From positions 1-63,877 of the forward strand of contig NW_021831865.1 in NCBI RefSeq assembly GCF_006345805.1: a stretch of DNA of 63,877 bases, written 5' to 3'. Position numbers and translations under genes: made by a program. The notes beneath the pieces were generated by a model, which saw only the letters and a program-made list of their open reading frames with translations, had not been told where the DNA came from and made no database searches. This document shows, piece after piece, positions 1-11,875 of the stretch (positions are counted from its first letter, which is position 1; each line of letters starts with the position of its first letter). The stretch is from Octopus sinensis (lineage: Eukaryota).

Positions 1-9
1 ACATACATA

Positions 10-40
<31 letters not shown>

Positions 41-129
41 ATATATATATATTAATATATTATATATATATATATAATATATATATATATATATTATATA
101 TATATATATATAAAATATGTTATCTAATG

Positions 130-428
130 TAGGCTAAAATTTTTTTCGAAAAAATTCTTTTCCCAAAAAATTTTATCAATGGCCAGCATATTAAAAAATA
201 CCTTTAAAGGTTAAATTTATAAACAATTCATAAATAAGGGAAACGAAAAAATTTCTAATGCCAAATATACCGAAAAATTGGACATATTGTCCATTAACCA
301 TTTAATTTTTTCACAGTACGCACGCTACTCGAAAAAAGGTCGACAAAAATTTTTTAAAATTTCATTATTACCATATCGGACCGATTTCAGGGTTAGCTTA
401 TAACAGCCCTCCCTTCGTCAGTGATACA
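130..428 (-). mobile_element. ~300-bp dispersed repeat, copy 1, hammerhead-bearing (retrozyme/Penelope-pLTR-like)
   Basis: Colinear with 57175-57451 (shared blocks such as TATCAATGGCCAGCATATTAAAAAATACCTTTAAA and TTCTAATGCCAAATAT). Both copies abut a (TA)n tract on the left and end on the right in a minus-strand hammerhead motif. Confidence 0.8.
369..426 (-). ncRNA. Type I hammerhead ribozyme
   Basis: Minus strand reads TATCA-CTGACGA-AGGG(agggctgttataagctaa)CCCT-GAAA-TCGG(t)CCGA-TA-TGGTA. Canonical CUGANGA/GAAA/UH core, 5-bp stem I (one G-U), 4-bp stem II, palindromic stem III. Predicted cleavage after AUA, between 374 and 373. Confidence 0.8.
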
Positions 429-633
429 TGTGGCAAAAGAAATAAATGAATTACTTACTCATACCCATGGAAGAAGCAAGCACTAAGTCATGAGCACAAT
501 TAAGTATATATATATGTATATGTGTATATATATGTATATACACACACATATATATATATATATATATGTATGTTTACATGCATATATATATATATATATG
601 CATATATACATACATATATGTACATATAAGGGC

Positions 634-863
634 ATATATGGGCACAGGACGTTACAGAACGTAAACAACTTGAAATACGAAAACATGGAATACGAACATT
701 TTTTGCGAACAAAGAAAGAAACAAATGGAAAACAAGACAAGCAACATAAAGAACGACCCTTCATATTTTGCTCGATATACGGAGTAGAAAAATTTCTTAT
801 TCCATGTTTTCGTATTTCGTATTTCATGTTGTTTACGTTCTTTGGTGTCCTGTTCCCATATAT
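634..863. repeat. Foldback: ~60-bp imperfect inverted arms (634-692 / 798-863) around an A-rich spacer
   Basis: ATATATGGGCACAGGAC...AGAACGTAAACAACTTGAAATACGAAAACATGGAATA versus TATTCCATGTTTTCGTATTTCGTATTTCATGTTGTTTACGTTCT...GTCCTGTTCCCATATAT, embedded in TA/TACA microsatellite. Confidence 0.8.
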
Positions 864-1188
864 GCATTTGTATATACATATATATGTAAGTATGTACATA
901 TATGTATCTATATACATGCATATATAACTATGTACATATATGTATGTATATATGCATATATATGTATATATACATACATATACATATATACATACTTATA
1001 TTAATAAAAGGAATTCCAACCTTGTCTGATTTTCACGTTTTATTTACAATCTTATAATGATATAATATAAGTTAATATAATAAAATAAAATAAAATAATA
1101 GAATGTTAAATGTTCATTCTGATTGAACTAGTACTTTCATGCATTAAATTCTGCAATATTCAGGTTCATGTAGTAGTGGTGACAGTCA

Positions 1189-1225
1189 TGCTTCACAATT
1201 TTTGACTGTCAAAAATTGTGAAGCA
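1189..1225. repeat. Perfect 37-bp palindrome (18-bp arms, 1-nt centre)
   Basis: TGCTTCACAATTTTTGAC-T-GTCAAAAATTGTGAAGCA. Confidence 0.9.
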
Positions 1226-1424
1226 AAAATGCTAGCAAAAACTGTCCGATGAACGGCAACGGGAAACTCAGAGTAACAGGTTTTGTTGAATTTTCAGCTG
1301 CTTTAAATAAGGTATATATATATGTATATATATCCTCGGTCCTTCTTTCCTGAGAGTCTGATAATACAGTACTTGTACCACGTCCTCGCGTTATGTTTTT
1401 TTCTTGTTTGTTCTTTGCTTGCAT

Positions 1425-1468
<44 letters not shown>

Positions 1469-1559
1469 TATATACATGCATACATTCATACACAATATCT
1501 CTCTCTTCCATCTTTCTCTATCCATCTATCTTCCGCTCTCTCCCCCTCTCTCACTGCAT

Positions 1560-2300
1560 ATGTACATTTTATACTTCTAATTTCGCAGATGCGAATTGTT
1601 TATTTTTGATTTTGTCTGCTATACAGTATAGTAGGCTCAGTTGGGCACCGTCTGTGAGAAAAACAGTACCATGACTCAATTCAGTCTGCCAGAAATTTGG
1701 AAACGACAAGCTGTACTGCTTTGCATTTGCGCTGGAAGCTGCAATACGAACATTTCAGAGTGTTTGGATGACAATCTGAAGACCGTGAAACGTGCTGACA
1801 TGTATTGAGAGTGATAAAAATCAAAAGTTCAGTCAACATCATGGTGTTTGGAGTGATCACTAGCAATGGCGAAGTTATGTCTCCATTCATCTTCCTACAC
1901 AGCCTCACACTCGACACGGAGGTCTACATCAAGTACCTGGAGGAGGTAGTGCTGCCCTGGGATAAGGGTATGTCTGCTGGAAGACTCTATGCCTGGCAAC
2001 AGAACTCTGCACCATGTCATAGAAGCAGGAGAACCCAGTCATGGCTGTCAGACAATTTCTGCGACCACATCGTCCTTAATATCTGTACACCTAAACTTCT
2101 AGACTGCAACCCCTTCATTATTACGTGTGGGACGCAGTTGATCAAGAGGATAGCAAAACTACTTGCAGCCCCAAAGATTAACTGAAGGCAAGAATTACAG
2201 CAGCATCCACCAACTTAAACGAGGAAACCTTCCAGAAAAGTGGCAGGAGATTTCGAAGACGTCTAGAGGCCGTAGTTGAAGCCAATGCCGATTTTATTAA
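1560..2300 (+). mobile_element. Internally deleted DD37D (maT-like) Tc1/mariner transposon, copy 1
   Basis: N-terminal start (MTQFSLPEIWKRQAV...) joined to a DDE-domain remnant in ORF 1805-2185 (NIMVFGVITS...WQQNSAPCH...WLSDNFCDH...DCNP). Reverse-complement match to 31171-31951. Confidence 0.8.
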
Positions 2301-2301
2301 A

Positions 2302-2465
<164 letters not shown>

Positions 2466-2519
2466 ATCCAATTTTGGCCACAAACTGGAAGGTTAACCTT
2501 AGGAATAAGCAAGTATCTC

Positions 2520-3230
2520 CACTGAGCTGCATCTGCAATAGACCATATCACGAACGAATGCCCTAGACTCGCCCATAGCTACTACAAGTTGTGGCGACAC
2601 TACCAGGTAACGAAGTGCTACATTGGGAACTGTGCGAAAAGTGGGAGCTAGAGAGATGTAAGGCGTGGTATGAGGACAAATGGCAGAGAGTGGCGGAGTC
2701 GGAGACTAGCAAAATCCTCTGGGATTTCTCAATCCTAACAGATCAGGTGCTAGAGCATAACAGACCGGACTTAGTGCTGGTGGACAAGGTGCACCACATA
2801 TGCTATATAGTTGGTGTTGTATGCCCCTTGACCCACGAATAGTCAAGAAGAAAGACGAAAATATCGATAGATAGAACCCTATTAAGTACGAAATAACCCG
2901 ACTATGAAAAATGAAGAAGGTGAAGATAGTGCCAAGTATTGTTGTGTCTTTAGGAATTGTATCAGAAGGCATCAAGGGGAATATAAAGGAAATTGCAATA
3001 AAGTGCCCAGTAGAAGTGTTACAAAAGGTTTGCCTCCTTGGCAAGGTCAGAATAACCAGGAAAGTATTAGTAGAAAAGAACGAATAGCTTGGTACTGTAG
3101 GCTGCAGGTTGTTAGCCCACTACACATGTAAGTCTCCAGCAGCTCCAGCGATACCTGTGATTAAAGAGAAAACGATTCTGATGCTGATGATGATGATGAT
3201 GATGACGACGATGATGATGATGATGATGAG
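2520..3230 (+). mobile_element. 3' end of an RLE-type (R4/Dong/Hero-like) non-LTR retrotransposon with (GAT)n tail
   Basis: LHWELC...KILWDFSILTD...HNRPDLVLVDK...C then KYEITRL...VPSIVVSLG...LQKVCLLG (frameshifted), the PD-(D/E)xK restriction-like endonuclease region. A short 3' UTR and (GAT)n/(AAT)n follow. Confidence 0.8.
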
Positions 3231-3231
3231 G

Positions 3232-3273
<42 letters not shown>

Positions 3274-3307
3274 TAATATCATAATAATAATAATAATAAT
3301 AAAACTA

Positions 3308-3376
<69 letters not shown>

Positions 3377-3396
3377 TAATAATAATAATAATAATA

Positions 3397-3733
3397 GGGG
3401 GAGCATCATATAGCCGTGTGTTGAAAGGAATTCTTAGAGGTTTGGATAATTCACCTTTGGAAACAAGGGTGGTTCGTTCATCATCCTTAAACAATCTTTA
3501 TTTGGGGACCTTTTGAGCGGGATGGGCTACTCGACCAGAAGAAAATTCTAACTGGCCCCCACCTGCAAGGTCATGTGCTGTTTATCTTGATATGAGGTCA
3601 CCATGTCGCGCACATATGGTTGTGATGCATGTGCCTGGTGTACCCTTATCAGACAGGTGGTCATGTTGGGTATACTGGGCTTCGTATATTTTACCCCAGT
3701 GTCACTTTGATGGCATGCACTGCTCTCTCACTC

Positions 3734-3734
<1 letters not shown>
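3397..3734 (+). mobile_element. Non-coding repeat family E, 5'-truncated copy, bounded by (AAT)n on both sides
   Basis: High similarity to 8165-8490; ends GCTCTCTCACTC-(AAT)n. Confidence 0.75.
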
Positions 3735-3797
<63 letters not shown>

Positions 3798-3874
3798 GTA
3801 TAATAATAATAATAATAAATAATAATAATAATAATAATAATGATAATAATCATAAAATTGGCTGGATGGAATAA

Positions 3875-4095
3875 AATCTAAGCACTCAATATGTGGGCGT
3901 TAGCATGACTTCGATATAGAACGGGAATTATAAAATGGCAAAAGAGAAAAAAGAAGGAAATGGATACCAAGACCCGAAAAATGTTGACAGTACACGGAGT
4001 GACACCGATAGGCTGTACTTATCCAGAAGAAAGAGTGGGAGAGGTTTGAGGGGTTTGAGCCAGGGCTGTACTGAAGCAGAGGAAAACAGCCTAGG
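3875..4095 (+). mobile_element. Reverse-transcriptase C-terminal fragment of an R4/Dong-like LINE
   Basis: Degenerate GWNKI.ALNMWA...RY.TGIIKW...EMDTKTRKMLTVHG..DTDRLYLSRRKSGRGL...EAEENSLG, typical of the RLE-clade RT thumb region. Confidence 0.65.
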
Positions 4096-4289
4096 GTGAT
4101 TTATAAAAAATACCGTGGAACCATTGTTGACCTATCATACATACATACATACATACATACATACATAATACATACATACATACATACATACATACATACA
4201 TAATACATACATACATACATATATATATAAAATAACAAAACATACGGTATATACCAGGTAGCTTACAGGTAAAGCACATCCACTCTCAC

Positions 4290-4672
4290 AGTGTTCGTTG
4301 TCTCAGTTTTCTGCGGAGCAAAAGGTATTGTGTTTATCATAAAAAAAACCCACATCATCAAGGTAGAGTGATTTGCTGAAAGGCTATCAATACCAAACCG
4401 CTTGGAAAATTGAAGAAAGGAACCTTGTATGATCAGGACAATGCTCTAGCCCACAAGTCCTTGGTTTTATTGACTGCTCTGCATAACTGTGACTTTGAAC
4501 TGGTTGATCACCCTCTCTATTCTCCTGATTTGACCCTATTTCCCTATCGTCTACCTAACATGAAATATCACTTGGCTGAGAACTAGAATTGCAGTGATCA
4601 TGACGTCATATCTGCTGTTGATGACTTTTTTGACTGCAGCACCGATGGAAAAAGTGTGTGGACCGTAAGGGG
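4290..4672 (+). mobile_element. Mariner (DD34D) transposase C-terminal remnant
   Basis: QDNALAHKS...DFELVDHPLYSPDL...MKYHLA...DDFF...QHRWKKCVDRKG, with stops and deletions. Confidence 0.75.
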
Positions 4673-4818
4673 AACTCTTTTGGTCTCACTCCATTCAGCC
4701 TATGAATGTTTCAGTCGTATGTATGTATGTATGTATGTATGTATGTATGTATGTATGTATTTATGTATGTCTGTATGCATCTATGTATGTATGTATGTAT
4801 GTATGTATGTATGTATGA

Positions 4819-4857
<39 letters not shown>

Positions 4858-4959
4858 GTATATTATATATATGTAATATATATATATATATAATATATAT
4901 ATATATATGAATACACACACACACATACACATACACATACGCATATATATGACGGATTC

Positions 4960-5520
4960 TCTCGTCATAAACGACAAATGAGGGTTCATTAAAATAAAGC
5001 ATAAATCTTGTTCTATGGACGCCAATGTGTCTCTTGAAGCCTGCTAGTACCTTGAAAACCTTTTGGCCAATGGGACAAGTTGAGGACTCAGTTTGCTCGA
5101 GTGCTTTTGGATAATTTACTATGTGTTTTCTTGAGTGGACTGCAAAGTCTGCATTACTTCGTCCACAAAACCACAATGACAGGTAGGTTTCAATTTAGAG
5201 AAGAAACATTTTGCCAACGTACCTTCATGCTTGCCCGAAGTTGGTCCCGATGTTGGAGTCGACTTTGTTCAAATCTTTGAACTGTGGAGAAGCAGGACTG
5301 GTGTCAGGTTCTGCGTTCTGACGCTTTTAGTTTGTCTTTTAGTTTGTCTTTGAATCGCATGAGTGGCCTTCCAACTGACCTCCCTGTTTGGAATTGGCCA
5401 AAGAAAAGTTGCTTTGGAATTCTGATATATGTGAGAGATGACGTGACCATCTTATCTGTATTTTGATGAGGATGGACTCAACACCCGATATGTTCAATTT
5501 TGTTAGTGCCTGACTGTTTT
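4960..5520 (-). mobile_element. RTE-clade LINE ORF 3' remnant
   Basis: Minus strand: ESILIKIQIRWS.HL...RIPKQLFFGQ..TGRSVGRPLMRFKDKLK and a C-terminal [18 protein letters not shown] zinc-finger-like motif. Confidence 0.65.
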
Positions 5521-5690
5521 ATGTACGCAAGCATCGCATATGAAAAGCATCATGCTGGTTGATGGGCTTTCGGTACAGAGTTCAAGATTCAGTGCTATAA
5601 AGCGACGATGTCAAAACACCGACTTATATACATCGTCTATCACCTTCAATATAATGAATATATGTATATATGTACATGTACATATATACA

Positions 5691-5987
5691 TCACGTGATC
5701 ACGTGACCGACCAGACCCTCAGATGTTGCTACACATCGCTGGTCACAATGCGTTTGCATTGTTTTAGCCTTCGAACGACGCCACCCCGCTGGCTAAGCGA
5801 GCAGGCCAACAGAAGAAAGAGTGGTGAAAGAGTACAGCAGGGATCACCATCCCCTGCCGGAGCCTCGTGGAGCTATTTGAGGTGTTTTTCGCTCAATAAA
5901 CACACACAACGCCCGGTCTGGGAATCGAAACCGCGATTCTCCGACCGCGAGTCCGCTGCCCTAACCACTGGGCCATTGCGCCTCCAC
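5691..5987 (-). mobile_element. tRNA-derived SINE family B (body variant 1)
   Basis: Head GTGGAGGCGCAATGGCCCAGTGGTTAGGGCAGCGG...GGTTTCGATTCCCAGACC with Pol III A-box and B-box; near-TSD CATATATACAT at both ends. Confidence 0.9.
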
Positions 5988-7028
5988 TCATATATATACA
6001 TAGAATCCATAATTAATATATGTATAGAAATATATATATTTGTATGTATGTATGTATGTATGTATGTATGTATGTATGTATGCATGTATCATTGCACGCA
6101 TGCTTCGCGCGTGCGTGTGTGTGTGTCTGTGCCTGTGGCAAGAAAGTGTTGACAAGGGACAGGATGGATACTTAGGTATTTCAGGACAAAAGATCAAGAA
6201 GCAATGTTGACCTGTCAAAGACCTTTGGTTTCAGCTGCCTGTGCCATTGCTCTCAGCTGTGCCAAACGCACAACCACGGTGAAACCGATAAACGTATGGG
6301 GGAGGTTTTAAAGACTCTCTCTGGAGCGATAACGCGAGATAAATAATAATTTACACGCCAACAATTCTAGAAGGACTAGTAACTAACTTTGGCATCAAAA
6401 GTCACGCAAATGCCTCTTCTGGATTTCATTGTGTAGTACCAAAGATGACATAATCTCCATATAAAGTGAGGACGAGGCACAGCAATAGCTTGGTATTCAA
6501 AGTCTCACATCTCTTCAATGTTTTTTTTTTCTTCCAAAAGGAATTGTTCATTCTCATATCTATGATAATAAATGAACCATTCTTCCGACATAAAGTTCAG
6601 CTGAGGACTGAGGGCCCCTCGTACACCAAATGAGTCAGCGAAAGAACAATAGAACATGCAAAAGTGGTAATATGGAATCCCATCAACAAGAAATAAACTA
6701 AATAAGGTAGTTGTATGAAAGTACACAAAATCAATTGGCTGAAACATATAAAAAAATAAATAAGGATACAAATATTATAAATGTGATATATATATATATA
6801 TATAAATGAAAGAATGGAGTCGAACGAAAATTTTAAGAAAATTCCTTTACTTTCGATACATGTCGGAATTAAAAGTATGCCGTCTTCGAAACATGTGACG
6901 AGAGTAAAGATAAAAAAGATGACAGGTCGCTTCAACCGTGTTTTCTGACGTGAATTTGCTACCCAGGTATCGGTTAAACGAATTTTCCATGCTAGGATAA
7001 TTCATTCACCTACTCATTATAGATATCA

Positions 7029-7074
<46 letters not shown>

Positions 7075-7365
7075 AATAAAGGGTTTAGCAAGAATTGCCT
7101 TACCACAGACTGAATTTAGAAATAGCAGTCAAAGAGTTATAGCTATTTTTCTACTAAAAAGGGAGATCTCAGTAAAAACAGCAATTGGAAGGCAGACACA
7201 AACAGGTAAGAGAGAATGAATTGACGGCAATCTATGTGTATGTGTATATATATATTATATATATTAATATATACACATACACACACAGACACACACAGAC
7301 ACACATATATATGTACATACATATACATATATATATATGACTGTAGAAGGTATCTTTTGGGTTTC

Positions 7366-7500
7366 ACTTGTTTCAGACTGTGACCATGCTGGGGCTTCGC
7401 CTTAAATAATTTTTCTCGAATAATTCGACCCAGTTTACGGGGACGTAAACACATCAACATCGTTTGACATTAGATGGTGGGAGACAAACACAGACAAAAA
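7366..7500 (-). mobile_element. Diverged relative of the SINE A 3' half
   Basis: CTTGTTTCAG...GACCATGCTGGGG...GGGGACGTAAACAC...ACAAACACAGAC, leading into a (CA)n tract. Confidence 0.55.
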
Positions 7501-7811
7501 CACAAAAGCACACACTCACACACAAACACACGCACACACACACAAACACACACACAAAAATATACACACCGACACACACACACACACACACACATACACT
7601 TTATTATGATTGAAGCTGCAAAAACATCACAAAAATATTACAAAGACTGCTACTCAGAGTTTCACTGTTCCCGTTCATCGGACAGGTGAGATTGAGGATC
7701 TGACCGACTAATGGGAACGTGAGACTATTAGTAGCAGTTTTATTTTGATATCTTTGTGATATTTTGATATCTTTGGTAGCTATAATAATAATAATAATAA
7801 TGATGATGATG

Positions 7812-7867
<56 letters not shown>

Positions 7868-7868
<1 letters not shown>

Positions 7869-8490
7869 GAAGTGTTATCATGTACGTTGTTTTGTCTTGG
7901 TATAAAAGATGGGCTACAGCAAATATTCTGCTCAATACCACAGAATGCCCTGATGCAGTACCAGGCAGTGGGTCTCATGGATTCTGATCTTAACTGATTG
8001 GAAGTGTTATCATGACATCGTTTTGTCTTGGTATAAAACATGGGCTACAGCAAATATTCTGCTCAATACCAAAGATTTGCTTGTCAGCTGTTTGACCTTA
8101 ACCAGTTGAGCATGTCCCGTTTTGGCTGACGATATGTGCATCTCTGATCACGAGCAGAAGTAGTGGGGGAGCATCATAGCCATGTGTTGAGAGGGATTCT
8201 TTGGGGTTTGAATGATTCACCTCTTGGAACATGCGTGTTTCATTCAACATCCTTAAACAACCCTTATTCAGGGACCTTTTGAGCGGGATGGGCTACTAAC
8301 CTGAAGAAAATTCTAACTTGGCCCCACCTGCAAGGTCATGTACAGTTTATCTTGATATGAGATCACCATGTCGCTCACGTATGGTTGCGATGCATGTGCC
8401 TGGTGTACCCTTATCAGACGTATGATGGGTATACTGGGCTTCGTATATTTTACCCAGTGTCACTTGATGGCTGAACTGCTCTCTCACTCA
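7868..8490 (+). mobile_element. Repeat family E, longer copy with ~70-bp internal direct duplication (7868-7938 / 8000-8070)
   Basis: GGAAGTGTTATCATG...GGGCTACAGCAAATATTCTGCTCAATACCA occurs twice; the 3' half matches 3397-3734; bounded by (AAT)n. Confidence 0.75.
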
Positions 8491-8522
8491 ATAATAATAA
8501 TAATATAATAATAATAATAATA

Positions 8523-8553
<31 letters not shown>

Positions 8554-8558
8554 GATGA

Positions 8559-8632
<74 letters not shown>

Positions 8633-8650
8633 GAAGATGATGATGATGAA

Positions 8651-8681
<31 letters not shown>

Positions 8682-8691
8682 GTGATGATGC

Positions 8692-8751
<60 letters not shown>

Positions 8752-8752
8752 G

Positions 8753-8787
<35 letters not shown>

Positions 8788-8815
8788 TAATAATAATGTA
8801 ATAATAATAATAATA
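8491..8815. repeat. Compound (AAT)n/(GAT)n/(AAT)n microsatellite
   Basis: Direct reading. Confidence 0.95.
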
Positions 8816-9342
8816 AACCATATTAATCCACCTCCAGTATTTGAGTACTATTTTCCCCACCTTTCACATTTATGTGCTTGCTTTGTACAGACGGGTTTTT
8901 CTTAAATAATAATACTCAAATTAAATGTGCTGAGTGCTTTTTTGTTTCGTTTGTTTACCAACTAGTGTGTGTGTGTGTGTGGTGCGCGTGTGTGCGTGTG
9001 GTGAGTATGTGTGTATGTGTCTGTGTTGTGTGTGTGAGTGTATGTAAACCAGTGTAAACATGTACACATTATAAACGCCCACTGTGACCACTTTAGGGTG
9101 CAGCCCTTTTGGATACGAATAACTGAGCGTTAACATCGAATTAAGGACATTACAATACCTGAGCACATGTGGGACCCGGAAATTCTGACATCATTATTTG
9201 CGTTTATAATAAACGGTCTCCGCCACACATACACATAGAGGAAGTAAGAGAAGGAAAGAGAAACACACACTGATATGGAACTGGAGGTCTTGTAAGAGAG
9301 GAATAGCATTTGGGCAATTTGAAATTACTGAAACCATAGTTA

Positions 9343-9396
<54 letters not shown>

Positions 9397-9409
9397 GTGT
9401 GTGTGTGTG

Positions 9410-9440
<31 letters not shown>

Positions 9441-9465
9441 ATATATATATGTGTGTGTGGGTGTG

Positions 9466-9500
<35 letters not shown>

Positions 9501-9659
9501 GAGAGAGAAAAAGACAGATTGATAGATAGATATTTTATATACATACATATACATTCGAATGTATATATAAATATGTGTGTGTATGTATATATGTGTGTGG
9601 TGTGTGTGTGGTGTGTGTGTGTGTGCAAAGAGACAGGAAGATAGCGAGACAGAGAGAGA

Positions 9660-9703
9660 CAGAAAGACAGATAGATAGAAAATCAGATAGATAGATACAT
9701 ATG

Positions 9704-9778
<75 letters not shown>

Positions 9779-9800
9779 ATAGATAGGTAGGTAGATAGAG

Positions 9801-9854
<54 letters not shown>

Positions 9855-9910
9855 GGATAGATGGATAGATGGATAGATAGATAGACAGACAGACAGACAG
9901 ATAGATAGAT
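9660..9910. repeat. (GATA)n/(GACA)n microsatellite
   Basis: Direct reading. Confidence 0.95.
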
Positions 9911-10711
9911 GAATAATAGTGAGTTGTGACTGGGAGAGGAACGAAGAGGAAGTTTACGGTGAAGGGAGTGGGGTAAAAGGTGGAGGGGGAGGGTAGATAA
10001 ATTAACAAGTTGGCATGGCATTAAGAATTTCTGTCTTATCTTATTATCTTCGTCATTTGCTGTTTATAAATATTTTTTTCAAATTTTTTGTTTTGTTGTT
10101 TACTAATTGTTCACGTGGTCTAGTAAGGATGATACACAATACCTAGCAATAAATTTATGTCTGCCCTTTGAAAAGTAAAACCCACCCCAGTACCCCCTTG
10201 TCGTAATGGTTTCCCAGCAGGATTAGCTATCATATCTCTCTATTTCTTATGCACCTTTAATCTTCCTCTCTCTCTCTCTCTTCCTCTATCTCTCTTTCTC
10301 TTTCTCTCCCTCCACTCTCCGTACAACCGTACTCTCCCCACTCCATTCCACCTTAGTCACTCTCCACATCACCTCACTCTTTACTCCCCATGTCACTGTA
10401 CTCTCCACTCCCCATATCACCTTACTCTCCAACACCACCCGTTGCCGTCACATAATTCTTCATCATCTGATATATTATCACTGATATCTTTTTTCTTTAA
10501 TGAGCTCAAAAAGAAAAAAGAAGAAAAAGCCAAGGCAAAGCAAAATGTATAGATCGAAGTTTTCCATAAACCATTCACCCAAACACACAAACACTCACAC
10601 GAACATGGACATATACACATGCGCATACATTCACGCATACATAAACGCATGTGTACATAAATGCTCTATAGTATATAATTTAAATACAAGGATACATATA
10701 TATATATATAA

Positions 10712-10754
<43 letters not shown>

Positions 10755-11724
10755 GTATATATATAAATATATATATATACACACACACATTCATACAAAC
10801 ATGTGTATCTATTTCACCGTCTCTTTCTTTCTACCAGTAGGTGTGCGTATGTGTATATATACATTTAAACGCAGGTGTATGTATACATGTGTGGTGTATG
10901 CGTGTTTGTGCGTATGTGTGTGTGTGCTTGCGTGCATCTACATGAAAAGCGCAAATGGAAAACTCTGAGTAGTGTTCAAGATAAACCTTACATTCGAATA
11001 CTCTATGTATTCGATGCATACATACATTTATAAATGTATAGAATCACACACAAATATATATATACGTAAATTTACACACACGCCATATATATTATATATA
11101 TATATGATAGAATAAGATGTTTATTATGGCTGATACCTTAATGGTTATTTTTGTGAGAGCATATATGGGCTCAAATATATGCAGATATTTACGTGCAAAT
11201 AAATATGCCTATAATATGCGAACAAGTGCGCATACACCAAAATGAGTGCATGCATGTATGTATGTATATCTATATATATATATATATGTGTGTGTATATA
11301 TATATATGTATATATATATATACACACACACACACATATAAATATGTGTACACATGCACAGACACAGACACACATATATTATATATATATATATGTATGT
11401 ATGTATGTGTGTATGTATGTAGGTATGTGTGTGTGTATGTATGTATGTGTGTGTGTATGTATGTATGTGTGTGTGTATGTATGTATGTATGTATGTATAT
11501 CTAGATTCTTGTAGTCAGTCAGACATAAAGGGAAATATACATAAATCATACCTTGCGCATTGCTACATGCGAAGTATCATATTTGCACGCATCTATAGCT
11601 ATTCTTACACACACACGTCGTAGGATTACTTTAAGCATACACATCTACATACATACACACATACACACATACACACAAACACACATATTTATATGTATAT
11701 ATGTATGTATATATAATATGTATA

Positions 11725-11792
<68 letters not shown>

Positions 11793-11832
11793 GTGTATGT
11801 GTGTGTATGTTTGTATATATATATATATTCAT

Positions 11833-11875
<43 letters not shown>

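Noticed and set aside
6540-6632. Possible plus-strand exon after TTTTTTTTTTCTTCCAAAAG
   Set aside because: All frames close within ~30 codons, no good donor follows and no homology is recognisable.
10424-10502. Minus-strand segment LKKKDISDNISDDEELCDGNGWCWR ending at a GTAAGG donor
   Set aside because: The only nearby acceptor after the pyrimidine tract is GAG, the length is 79 nt and the flanks are low-complexity; insufficient support.
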